A DNA stretch of 64,000 bases from Dimorphilus gyrociliatus (taxonomy: Eukaryota; Animalia; Annelida), in assembly GCA_904063045.1 (NCBI GenBank), contig CAJFCJ010000013.1, forward strand, positions 1,160,156 through 1,224,155, read 5' to 3'. The translations under genes were made by a program, and so were the position numbers. This document shows positions 1 to 17,880 of the stretch, piece after piece. How positions within the stretch are numbered: position 1 is the stretch's first letter; every line of letters begins with the position of its first letter. Under the pieces are notes generated by a model. The model made no database searches. It was not told the origin of the DNA and worked only from the letters and a program-made list of their open reading frames with translations.

Positions 1-637
1 ATTTAAATTGATATTTTCTTACGAAATTATAGAGCTAATTAGAACGATGACAAAAAACTTTTTGTTTAATTAAATCTAATTTTTAAAAATATAAACTATT
101 GCTATCTAATTAAACAGTGAGCATTAGGGTCATTAAGTATTAAGTATAGTGAAGAAAGAAAGCGAAATTATTTCGATTTTTTTGTCAACAAATCCGTTTC
201 CAATAAATACCCCCGTAGGTGCTACGCCGATAAATTTATGTAACGTTATAAGCTTTTTTATACAATCCTGTTAGCATTCAACGAGATGCAGTCGCCGGCT
301 AAGCATATTATGTTTAACCGTTACGGTTGTATTCGTAACAATCGCTTGAGACATCCTTTTTCTCATCTAACTTATTTTATGGTATTTTTGTTTTTTAAAA
401 AGAATTCTGACAAAAAGATAATATATGACATTTCTATTCAAAGATGTTTCATTTTTTCCCACAGAAAGTTGTACTTTAGTTATGGTTTTTGAATAGTTTT
501 TTTTTCTTTTTCTTGCTTTTTCGAATTATTTTCGTTAGTTATTCGTCTTCAAAGATTATTTTACTGATTGTTTTACTTTTACCATTGATTTTTCTATTCG
601 TTAGTATTTGATCTAATTTCTATTTTTTTGTTTTCAG

Positions 638-3232
<2,595 letters not shown>

Positions 3233-3856
3233 ATGCTCTTTTTTTTTACCCCCTTGCATTTTACCATGAATCAAAAGTCTATGGATGCTTAAAAAATCTA
3301 CTTTGTTATTGCGTCCAAATTTTTATTTATGGAATTTACTTCTATTGTTCTTTTGAGAGAATTGCATGCATAATTTTGTTTTTCTAAAATGAGTTAATTA
3401 CGTGTCTTTGTTTTCTAAACAAGTTATTTTCTATTTACATCAGATATTACTAACTGAAGAGGACTAAATAACGCGTATTGTATTTGTTTGTCAATTGGCT
3501 GAAAAATCTCTATCTCTTGACAAGCGTATATACGTCTACTGCAAGATTATATCTAGAAATCCTCTTATTAGTAAATTATTGTCGAGAATGTTATCAATAA
3601 ACAATGAAAAGATATTTTAAACTATAGTATTGCTTTTTCAAAGTAAAAAAAAAAAGTGGCGCGCTTTTTATATGGTACTCTTTGGATCCAAAATTCTGTA
3701 TTTGAGTTCATACTGTGACAGTCTTTAGTTGAACAATATAAAACATAAATGGCGACAGACTGCACACGCGCACTCGCCATATCCTAAAGCCTAAATTAGT
3801 TTAACAGTGGTAATAAGTTCATTTGACACTTCATTTTCTTTTAACAAACTTATAAA

Positions 3857-5364
3857 ATGTCGGAGGAAACTATTAACATATTATTCGTTTCAAAAGGTTT
3901 GTTTTAGATATATATATATATATCAATATATATATATATATATATTGCTTGTTACATTTGCCACGAAAATTAATATTCTAATTTCTATGTTCTATTTTCT
4001 ACAGACGATAAGTTTAGAAGTGTCATTGCTCTTAATAAATTAATGGAGATATGTATATCGTCGTCTACGGTAAGTTGGTATTAAAATAGAATTGTTCTTA
4101 TAACTGTAAATACTCTTTTTCTACGTCAACTCTTTTATTTTTTATGTAGAAGATTTATATTGAAACTCGAGGTGTTGATGTTGCTAAATCAAAAGATTCG
4201 TTTTGTCCTTTTGTAGAAGAAGGAATGAAACAAAATGGACTTTATTTAAAAAGTCAACCACAGCAAGTTTGTAGTTTTATAGTACTTTTTTTTATTTTTG
4301 TCCTTTTTCTTTTTTCATGGGACAAACTACAAACTTAGAATATCATATTTCATTTAAATTCATTTTAAAATTCTTCAGCTTACTAGAGAGGACTTTAATA
4401 ATTTCGACTATATGTTCGCATTCGACAATTATACTTATGAGGCTTGTTTGGCCATTAGAAATTTTACGGTTGAGAAGACGGCCGATACGAAAATACTTGA
4501 TAGTTCTTTTGAAATATTTCGTACGTCTAAAGAACCTTTAACGTTACCGAATCAGCCGAATAATTGTGACGATTCGTTCGACGAAGAAATCAATGAACTT
4601 TGCAGAATGAAGAATCAACTTGAAATGAGCACGAGATCTGATGATGAATTATCAAAGGGAGATAGCGAATGGGAAAATGAAATATCTACAATAAGCTTTG
4701 GTGAGAGCCCCTATTCTAGCGCGAAGAGTATTGTTACAATGGAAGAGGATTTATTCGAAGATATCGAAACTATATTGAATTTATTCGCCGAGAATGACAA
4801 ATTAAAGAAGGCTAAAAACTCTGGTAGCCGTCTAATAGAGGGGAATATTACCGCGTCTCCTCCCGCTAACGATATACAATCGGAAAATGATAGAGAAGAA
4901 GAGGTGGTAAATAATTTGAGAACCAATTCTGATAATGGCGACAATTATGTACGTTTTGTTGATGCAATAAATGGAATCGATGGAAAATCTATGATGGAAG
5001 GCGATAGCTATTCTGATAAAAGCAACTGTTCATTTGACGATAATGATTACTGTACAAGAGCACTTTTATGTCTCTTAACCGCTTACGATAGTCCGGATAT
5101 TCAAACTGATGATTTCGAAATATACGAAAGAAGTAAAGCGGTATGTGTTTTTTTTTCTTCTTTTTCATATAAAATATACAACTTAATAGTATAATCAATT
5201 TGCAACTAATTTCGATAAACAATCTCATATTACAAATTACATAGATGGATTCGGGTCAGGACACTTACGAAGTCATTTCTCGTTGCTGCCTTAGATTCTT
5301 TTATACAACTTTAAGCGGAAAAAAAATCAATTTATTGGATTTTCCTCAAAGCTCAAACTGTTAA
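3857..5364 (+). CDS. Low-molecular-weight protein tyrosine phosphatase-like protein (ACP1 fold), predicted catalytically dead, with large acidic insertion
   Basis: Exons 3857-3896, 4005-4069, 4150-4266, 4379-5140 and 5245-5364 join in phase. Segments MSEETINILFVSKDDKFRSVIAL, GMKQNGLYLKSQPQQLTREDFNNFDYMFAFD, LLTAYD and TYEVISRCCLRFF align by eye with ACP1 SVLFVCLGNICRSPIAE, RQITKEDFATFDYILCMD, LLGSYD and QCVRCCRAF. Confidence 0.8.
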
Positions 5365-5424
5365 AAAGTTGGGGTAAGAATTACAAAAAAAAGAGAAATT
5401 AAATGAAAATAGGGAGTCGGATTT

Positions 5425-5480
5425 ATATATGCATACATACATACATACATACATACATGCATACATACTTGCGTACATAC
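5425..5480. repeat. (TACA)n microsatellite
   Basis: gcatacatacatacatacatacatacatgcatacatac. Confidence 0.9.
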
Positions 5481-6440
5481 AAACAGAGGAAAGTTTCTAA
5501 TACTCAAGTTCTTTACTTGACCGTTTTCTTTTTGTAAAGGATAAACAAAAGATAATAAAAAAGGAAAACAAACAAACAAACAAATAGAAAGTATAGATAT
5601 AAAAAAAAAAAACTAAAAAAAAATAAAATAAAAAAGGATAAAAGATTGATAGAGAGAAGGATGAATAGTTTGATAAATATTTCCCATATAATGTAGTATC
5701 ATTTTGCGTAATTGTATTTACATATAGAAAATATTGTTAGGGACTTTGTTCTTATTGTAAAATTACAAACATCAATGGATTGTATATGATTCTCCCTAGT
5801 CTTTTGAAGATAAAGATTTTTTTTATATGATATTCTTTTTTCATTGATATATATAAATATATATACTGTAACTCTTACTGCATTTACGGTTCTAGATATA
5901 TACATATGCATATACGCATGCTTGGTGTGTCTTTTGTTTCGTACTAGGTGGTTGGTTAGTTATGAATATTCATCAATTAAAAATATAACACATACTGTAC
6001 AAGTTTTTTAAATAAAAATAATTAGTTGAATTATTATTGATATCATTTTCTCTCTTTTTCTCTCTTCCTATATCTCTCACTCTTTATGGACGCTAGATGG
6101 GATAATTATAAATGTCATGATACATATATAAATATGTATACAGTATTTATGAAAATATAAATAGTCTAACATTTTGGAGATAAAGTAGACAAAAACTAGG
6201 CGTTTTCAGGTTAAATTACTCTAGATTATCGAACAGTTGGAGATTATTTTTTTTTATATCGAACATATAAAAAATAGCTATCTCTTATGATTAAGAAATG
6301 GGGAATAACTTTTTATAGAACATACCGTTTCGTTTTTTTTTATTATTATTTTTTTAAGTTCCTGTAAACAAAAGGCCATCTAGTGTCTGTCTTTCGATTC
6401 ACCGCTATTGGTACGTTTATGTAAAACCTATTATCGTTCA

Positions 6441-7383
6441 ATGAATATCTTTGATTTTCTATTCCATTATTATCCTGTTATTATTACATTTATTACTATT
6501 TTTGCAATATCAGTATTTAGTTTTCTTTTATTGGGAAAAGACAAGCAAAATGCGTCACATTGTAAATCTCCGGCTTGTGTAAGATGCAAACTCTATACCG
6601 TTATAAAGGAGAAAGCTTTGCGTCGTTTGGAGACGCTCGAAATACACAATACTCTGCGCAATAGAATAAAAAAGGCCATAAAATTAGAAGGCATTGAAAA
6701 TTCGAAACAAAAGCCTAATGTTTATTTCGATAATTCGTTCCTTTCTATTCCATTCTGGTCAGCTGATGCTATTGAGGACGCTCTTTTAATAGAAAAGAGC
6801 GGAGAAATTCTAAACCAAACATTTTCAAAGGCTAAAGAATATCCCCAGCTCTGGTGTAATAATACTACACTAACCGGTTCCTGGAGAGCCTTCTATTTTT
6901 ATAACCAAGGAGAAAGATGTAATTATACTTGTAATTTATTTCCGGATGTAGCCAAGCTGGTTGAAAGTCTACCTAACTTTTTATGTGATTGTGTCTTTGG
7001 AAATGTATGCTTTTCCGTTTTATCTCCAAAGACCCAGTTAGAAGAACATTACGGGCCATGCAATATCAGATTAAGATGTCATTTTGGTAATGAGATTTTT
7101 CATTAAATAATTATACAAATTAATTTGAAGAGTTTTCCCTCTCTTCCTCCCCGCTTTATTAGGTATTCAGGTAGATAATAAATCTAAGCTTAAGGTTGAC
7201 GGACAGCTACACGAATGGGAAAATGGAAGATGTATTGTTTTCGATGACTCATATTTACATTCCGCTTTCAACAATAGTACTTCGGACAGGTGCATTTTTC
7301 TAGTAGATTTATGGCATACCGAACTACCGGATTCATACAGATCTTTACTGGTTGATCTATTCTCTTCAAAAAGCCAACTTTAA
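6441..7383 (+). CDS. ASPHD2: Aspartate beta-hydroxylase domain-containing protein (ASPHD1/2-like)
   Basis: N-terminal TM segment; EEHYGPCNIRLRCHFG; second exon 7163-7383 gives WENGRCIVFDDSYLHSA...DLWH. Intron 7087-7162. Confidence 0.9.
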
Positions 7384-8027
7384 CCTTGTAATAGTTACTC
7401 TCTCTCAAAAAAAAATTGTTATTTTTCTCTTTGTTAAAAAGAATACAAAGTCTTTATGCAATAATGACAAATCTCCCCGTTGCACTCTTTTAACTTTTAG
7501 CTAATTTTTTATTTATTTAATTATCTATCTATTCAATTTTTTTTTGACAGACAAAAGAAAAAAAAAGTACCAGTTAAGCATTTTCATTAATTCGACAATT
7601 ATAAAGGTAACAAAGAAGAAAGGGCAATGTAACAAAAAATATGTTAATTTCAATGGCAAAGCATCAATATACAATCTACTCTTTAACATTTATTCACAAG
7701 ACACCAGCCGGTCAATATGAATTATACATTTTAAAGAAAAATTGACATAGATAAGAGATGATAGAAGAATAAGAGAAAAAGAATGAGAAGGATAAAATTT
7801 TACTATTAAAGAAAAGGGAAAGTAAAAATTACAACAGAGTAAAATAGAATTTTATGATAATGAAAAATTTCATCTTTATGAAAATATTGACTTATTTTTT
7901 CGGATGAATCCGAATCTCTTTCTAATCTTCTAGATCATATTTTTTCCCAATAGGCAAATTCTTATTTAGTATTGATACCATCTGTAAGATAATTGGATAT
8001 TAAAATAAGAAAGAAGAGATACTAAAA

Positions 8028-10332
8028 TTAATTGTTTAAGTAAATTTCTACCTTTTCAGAAAGATCTGATAGGATAATTGGCAAGCCATCATCCTGAAGT
8101 TCGTCTGGATCAGCTCCGGCTTGTATTAACATATTAGCAGATTTCAAGTCGTTGTTTAAGACGGCTACTGCCAGAGGTGTATAGCCAGAACCGTCCGCGA
8201 GATCGACATTATCAACGTGATTTACTAAAACTTCAACTATTTCGTGATACTGATTATTAACAGCCAGGTATAAAGGTGTTCTACCATTTTTACTATTTTC
8301 AATATTCAATTTGGCTCCCCCGCATATAAGAGCCTCGACAACTGGTAGATTGTTGCTACTTACTGCCAAATGTAACGGAGTTTGGCCATCAATATTCGGT
8401 GAATTAATGCAATCACTAATGTCTTGAGCTTGTAAAAGTATCCTTATAAAGTTGACTGAATATCGTTGACGAATGGCAATATGTAATGGTGTATTTTTCC
8501 GTTCATCCCTTATCGAGAGTTTTTCACCCGCCTTTAGGAGGAAAGCGACACTTGGAATGAACAATTCGCCGCATAAAACGGCTACGTATAAGGTTGTCTC
8601 GTAATCGACATTCATTGGACACAGAGTTTTCAAGAACTGTAATTGTGTTGAACATATATTCCTCAGTCTATTCTTTGGACTCGTTTCGCTTTGAATCGGA
8701 TGTGGAGATGCTGGAGCAGCGTCACTCTCTAAATCATCAACTTTTAAATTATCTATGTCAAAGTTGTCAGAACCTTCAAAACTACCAATATCTGGTAATG
8801 GACTTTCATATGGTGTTTCGGAAGAGTCTATACCACTATCTCCTCCGTTACTTTCTTCAGACGGCATGTAATTACAGATAAGTTGGTCGATCTCGTTCAA
8901 AGCATCGTTCATTGGTCCTGGACTCCAACCTTGTTCAACTTGCTCTGGAAAGATTGTACACAATAAATGTTCATAGCTATATTCCATTGGTCCAGAATTC
9001 TGTTTTGGCATCGAATCTGGAATATTTGGAAATTCTCCACCATTGAAAGTTCTTCCTTGAGAAATATTATTTGAATGATCGGGCTGATGCGGAAAGTGAG
9101 AAGGATGACTTGGATTCAACGAACTTGGTAGTCGTTTCGCTCTTTTCCTGGCTATGCTAGCCATTTCTGATCGTTCCGGAACGTATACAAATGAAATGGA
9201 GTTACTCGCTTCTCTCTCTTGTTTCCTTCGTAATTGCATGAAAACAGTAACGTCTCTTATTATTTTAGTATCGTGGTAAGCAGGAGTACGGAAAACAATT
9301 GCGAATTGTTTGTGAACATCTTGCACTCCAAACTTACCGAAATCCTCCCAAACAAGCTCTCCTTGAGCGTTAGTCTCATAGAAACGAACTTCAATGTCAT
9401 TTTTCTGAACTTTTTCGCATAACAGAAAAATTTCATCGCCTCCTGTACAGCATCCTTCTTTTTTATCAATTCTGGTAATCTTTAGATTCGTACCATTTGT
9501 ACATTTGCTATCGTGAACGATATTTGAGTATGCCCAAAATGGATTAGGGGTCATAATTCGTCCACTCTCAGCATCCGTTAAATAGACTGATACTTTTAGT
9601 TTAACAGCATTCATTGCTATATTTTTAGAAGTATTCTCGTCTATCTCTTGACTCCAAGGTTGCTCGTATGATAGATCAGATGCTCTTAATATCTCAGATT
9701 TAAAGATTTTATCATCTTCAATTCTTTTGGCTAATAATTCCGGTACCTCCTTTTTTGTCACATGAATTATAGACAAACCTTGCAGTGTAAATGTCATTTT
9801 ATCATTCGGTTGAAAATCTTGAACGTAGAAGCCGTATTTGCAGTGCTTACCCACCAATTTGTGAGGATGAAGAATCGGCTGCAAGTCAGTTGTAACTAAC
9901 TGAACGACAACTTTAACGTTACCACGAAAGTTATGAACTTGAACAGATGGGTACGTTTTTTTACTTTTTTTAGTATTGTCGCCTTGTATGCCGCCGTGTG
10001 TGGCTCCTTCGCTCTCGTATCGAAATCGGTATCCTCTTTCTTGAGGTTGCTCGACAAAGGATACATAAGGCTGTGCCTTAATCATTGCTGTAAATATAAA
10101 ACATAAGATTTCAGCCATTGATTGATTTTGTGCTAAATGTATAAGAATTCGAACGGATAGATTATAATTATGTATTTTATTTAATTATTACTAAGCATGT
10201 TTTATTTCAAAGGATCGGGATTGTTTACATATTGTAACAGCATCTTTTACCTTCACCATTGGTCCTTGAAACGAAAGCTTGATCAAATACCCGGGAAGTA
10301 TTTTGCGAAATGTTTACAGTCGTCGGATTCAT
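8028..10332 (-). CDS. NFKB: NF-kB p100/p105/Relish-type protein (Rel homology domain, IPT, NLS, about 5 ankyrin repeats)
   Basis: EQPQERGYRFRYESEGATHGG, DVHKQFAIVFRTP, NLS RKRAKR and TPLH-type ankyrin repeats. The ORF-track N-terminus (ILCFIFTA) is a splice acceptor. A phase-matched first exon lies at 10332-10251 and exon 2 at 10087-8028. Confidence 0.95.
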
Positions 10333-11194
10333 AACAAATATTAGAAGTTTTCCCAAGTTCTATTTTATTACCCAAAAATTTGTGATCAATCACAAAGAAT
10401 ATCCAAATTTCCACTCAGATCGTATTAGATTATTCTTAAATCTCAGATATAGTGTTGTCTAAGTAACTTAAACGTTTATGACTGAATATTATTTTTGGAA
10501 TTTCCAATATTTTTGCGAACAAGGGGAATAACCTTCCAAAGACTATCTTCGTGATATTGAGCAATTTGAAGCGACCTCAAGCGGTTGGCTTTAATATTTA
10601 CTAATATTAATTTAAAAAACAAAGTGAAAATGTCGTATCCACGTTCACCAACTGTCTTTTCAATAATTTTATATTTTTTTTAGATATCACCGTCAATTTT
10701 GTGACGTAGACATGAAGATTAGCCTTTATTTACATATTTGCTTACTAGGTGTCAGTGTGAACAGGCTTGAAAAAAAATGTTTTCTTTAAAGATAGTGAAC
10801 TTTATTCTCAGAAAGAAACTTTAAAATGGAGGTTTTGTGAAGAATATTAAACGATCGCCATACTAGTAAGATGACTGAGTAGAAGGGTATTCTTAAAAAT
10901 AATGATACTATTTGATTGCATTATGCCTTATAGTGCATTTAAAAAACCAAAAAGCATTGACTTTTCTTCTAAAAATATTAAATTAAAAAAAAAAATAAAT
11001 TATAAAAAAATTCTTTTTGCGGCACTGACTTCCGTCCCTCGACTTGGGCGTTGCGAACAATCCTTTTAATCATCAATCACAACGCAGCCGATCGAGGAGG
11101 ATAGAGAGAAGAAGATATTAATTTTTTTTATTTTAGTGTTTTATTCGATTTAATGAAAATATTAGCCTTTTAGAGAATTTTTTAAAATAATAAT

Positions 11195-12090
11195 ATGACG
11201 GAATATAAAATGGTAGTCGTCGGTGGTAAGTTTGGCGCGAATAAGGTATTGATTGTCATTAAATATTGTTTATTTTAGCTGGAGGTGTTGGAAAGAGTGC
11301 TCTAACAATTCAACTCATTCAAAATCAGTAAGTTTTTCCCTTGGAGTTTAATTATACGCGTCTCGTGCGATTTCTAAATTGCCTATTCTGACAGTTTCGT
11401 TGAGGAATATGATCCGACGATCGGTAATTATCCTGTGAGAAAATTGACTATTAAACTTAATGATGTGCCATTTTTTACCATTAACAGAGGATTCTTACAG
11501 GAAACAAGTTGTGCTTGATGGAGAAACGTGTTTGTTAGACATCTTAGATACCGCTGGCCAAGAGGAATACAGGTATGTGTATTTTCACATGGTTGTATCA
11601 GTTGTATTATCTGCTTGTATCTATTAAAAGTGCAATGAGGGACCAGTATATGAGAAGCGGTGAAGGTTTTCTCTGCGTTTTTGCTGTAAATAGCTCAAAG
11701 TCCTTCGAAGATATTAATCAATATAGGGAGCAAATTAAACGAGTTAAAGATGCCGATGAAGTTCCTATGGTGTTGGTCGGTAATAAGGTTGATTTACCTT
11801 TGCGCACCGTCGAAAATTCTCAAGGAAGAAGCTTAGCAGAAGGTTTTGGCATTCCATACATCGAAACTTCGGCAAAGACAAGGCAAGGAGTTGACGATGC
11901 CTTTTACACGCTAGTCAGGGAAATTCGAAAATTCGTGAGTATAAATATCTTAATATAATTAATATTTCTTATTATCTCTTTGTATTTTTTGCAATAACTT
12001 GCTATTTTTTATTTGTCCTTGCAGAAAGATAGAAAAGGCAAAGATAAAAATAAAAAGAAACCTCGCAAAAATAAATGTACCCTACTGTAA
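11195..12090 (+). CDS. Ras: Ras GTPase (K-Ras4B-like polybasic tail, CAAX = CTLL)
   Basis: Exons 11195-11225, 11279-11327, 11395-11423, 11488-11572, 11631-11934 and 12025-12090 give [40 protein letters not shown]...[15 protein letters not shown]...[12 protein letters not shown]. Confidence 0.98.
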
Positions 12091-13636
12091 TAGTAAGGCA
12101 CATGCTAAGATTTTTACAGTATAAAAGTCTTGTAGCTGGCGAAATTTCTTTTCTAGGTGTTGTCTACGTCACTATGCCCATTTTTATCGATACTTGATTG
12201 ACGCCTGCAATTGACGACACTAAAATGGCTTTTATACTTTTTTGACAATTTAAATTTAATGCTTATTTCTTATATATATCCTATATATATATATGTATAC
12301 ATATTTGTCCTTTACTACATCCTCAAATGAGTTTTAATAATGCAACGACTATTTATTTTATTTTAATAAGATGCTATCTGAGATCGTGCATGCGTTTCGT
12401 CGAATGATGACACTAATTTGTTGTGTTGGTTCTTTTTTTTATTCTTTTATAGTGGTTGTAATGTTTATACTCACAGAAAGCCTACAGAATTTGATTATAT
12501 TAATAAGGGAAGGAAAAAGTTACTCATTTAAAAAATTTCAATTTGTGCGTATAGACTCATATTGTCTCATATCCTAACAAACTATATGGTAAATGTTTCT
12601 TTTTTAATGAACATACATGCTTTAGTCTGAAACGAATAAACAAATTATGTAAACTGCAAACTACTATATAAATATAGATTCATAGTTTATGCCTATATGT
12701 ATAATACAAGATAGTATATACATAACATAATCAGAAGTAAATGTATATGTATAGTTAAACATATACACTTTTACAATCATTCAACACGAGTGTGACAAAA
12801 TTGCATTGCATCGAAAGAAAATATTAAGTTACCGTCCACGAATTATCACAAAAAAGCACAATCGTGTTGCTTTGAAGCACATGTTATACTACAAATAAAT
12901 ACGACAGGAATTACGATAGTTGTTAAATATGACTAGACGATAAAATAGGCGCGAATAAATGTATATACGTATACGGTAATATGATTATATATATTGCATA
13001 CACTTAAGCAGAAGTAAAGCCACAGTAAAGGTAGAGCGACCAAAACGACAAGATATAAATTATCTCAATGTTTGAGATAAACAAAAGAAACTATTCATAT
13101 TGAAAATTGTTTATCAATCATTTGTGCATATATATATATATATACAGTATATATATATATATAAATCCTATGAAATTGTTATTTCAAGATATAGAACAAC
13201 TTGGTTGCTCTAGCTCCACCTGCTGCTGCTATGCATATATGAATATATTAAATATTAAAGTTATACATATAAATACATATCTTTATATACATTTTCTATA
13301 CAGATGTATATGTATTTATATGATGAATATATCAATATATATTCATGTTATTTTAGGATTATTACAGTAAGGAAGTGATCAATAACGAGAGCGCAAGGCG
13401 CCTAAAAATGCTATTCTAAAATATACACATACGTAGAAACCAGCTACCACGTACAAACAGCTTTCAAATTGGTTTTTGTAAAGCATTCGACTTTCTTTTA
13501 AATCACAGTATGATTTTAATAATAAAAAAGTTTCTAGGCTAAGTGAAGAACTTCAGTAACTCCCCTATACCTTGAATTTACACACCTTCACATACATGAA
13601 CAGTTGATATGTAAGTATATACACAAGCAATCCATA

Positions 13637-13637
<1 letters not shown>

Positions 13638-13685
<48 letters not shown>
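13638..13685. repeat. (TA)n microsatellite
   Basis: About 23 uninterrupted TA units. Shorter (TA)n tracts occur at about 3908-3945, 13128-13162 and 50385-50410. Confidence 0.95.
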
Positions 13686-13687
<2 letters not shown>

Positions 13688-13922
13688 GACTAAGCAATAG
13701 AACATAATCTATCAATAACTACAACAAATGGAAACATGCGAGAACTTCATAAGCCAAAAGATAATTTTGATTTGCGGTTCTATTCCGCAATAATGCTAAA
13801 ACGGTACAACAGATGTTGAAACACATAATGAAGTAGGCTTTTCAATAACAAAAAGGATGAAGAGAAGAAAAAAGGGAAAAACTAATTCCATTACATACTC
13901 TACAAATCAAAAAAAAACTCGT

Positions 13923-16856
<2,934 letters not shown>

Positions 16857-17880
16857 TTATTTCTGAATCTTCGCCATTTCGTTCTTTTGCACCTGAAAGA
16901 TACGAAAATTTCAATAGCATCCTAAATAGAACGTTCTGTTCTTTTTTCTGCAAAAGCACTGAAATACGAAATCTTAAGAGCAATCTGGTAAAAGTGAATA
17001 GCCACCAATATAATAAAAATTATTATATAATAATTTACTAAAGAAAGGAAATGTACAAAAGCTTCAGCTTTTATCGTTCCGATTTGTCTGACTAAAATGG
17101 CGACGCTTACAGACAATTATACCATAAATTTTCTCTCAAAAGCTCTCTTATTGGAGCAATCGAAAGATTTCTTTAAAGAAATTCATACCTTTAGAACATA
17201 GTTTGGTAGAAACGTTGATTTTTGCCTCTCTGCTACGATTCTAGATCATTAAATACGGCTCTTAAACGAGCCCAAACAATCCCTACAACATCCCGTTCTA
17301 CACTGTTTTTTAGCTAACAGCCGCTTGCTTGCGCTGACGTTCGACAGGGATGTTGCTGGAAAGTTTCGTATAAAATATTTTTCACCTGAAAAATAAAATA
17401 TAACGTTTTTAAAATAAAAATTAAATGATAGATAATTTTTTTAAAAAATGTTTCGTAAAAATATGTCACGATTTCCGATTTACAATAAGCGCTCTTTATT
17501 TAAAATTAAGAACTATTTAAAATCCGTACATCTTTTTGCAAAACACAACGTCGCAATTTAGATTTTTGTATATTAAATTTCATGTATTAAAAAAAAACCA
17601 ACATCTCATAGTTGAATATTCATTTTTTTTGTATATTATACAAATTGTACACAGTTAAATAGATAAATTTTTTAAAACAAAACATAAATGTGCATTCAAA
17701 GAAGTTAAAATAGCCAGCTCCCAATAATGAAAAAATTATAGAAGCAAAAAGGATGGCTCCGATTACATAATTTTTTAAAAGTCAAGTGAAATTATAAGTA
17801 TTTCACTTGTATATACGATGAGCAAGTAAAAATGTCCATGTATTCTATTGGAAAACTTCTTGGAATAGCGGTTAAACAAG

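Noticed and set aside
286-492. ORF 286..492 and other F/I/Y-rich ORFs (3807, 5361, 5699, 12371, 13107, 59361, 60643)
   Set aside because: Composition reflects AT-rich intron, UTR or microsatellite DNA, with no homology signal.
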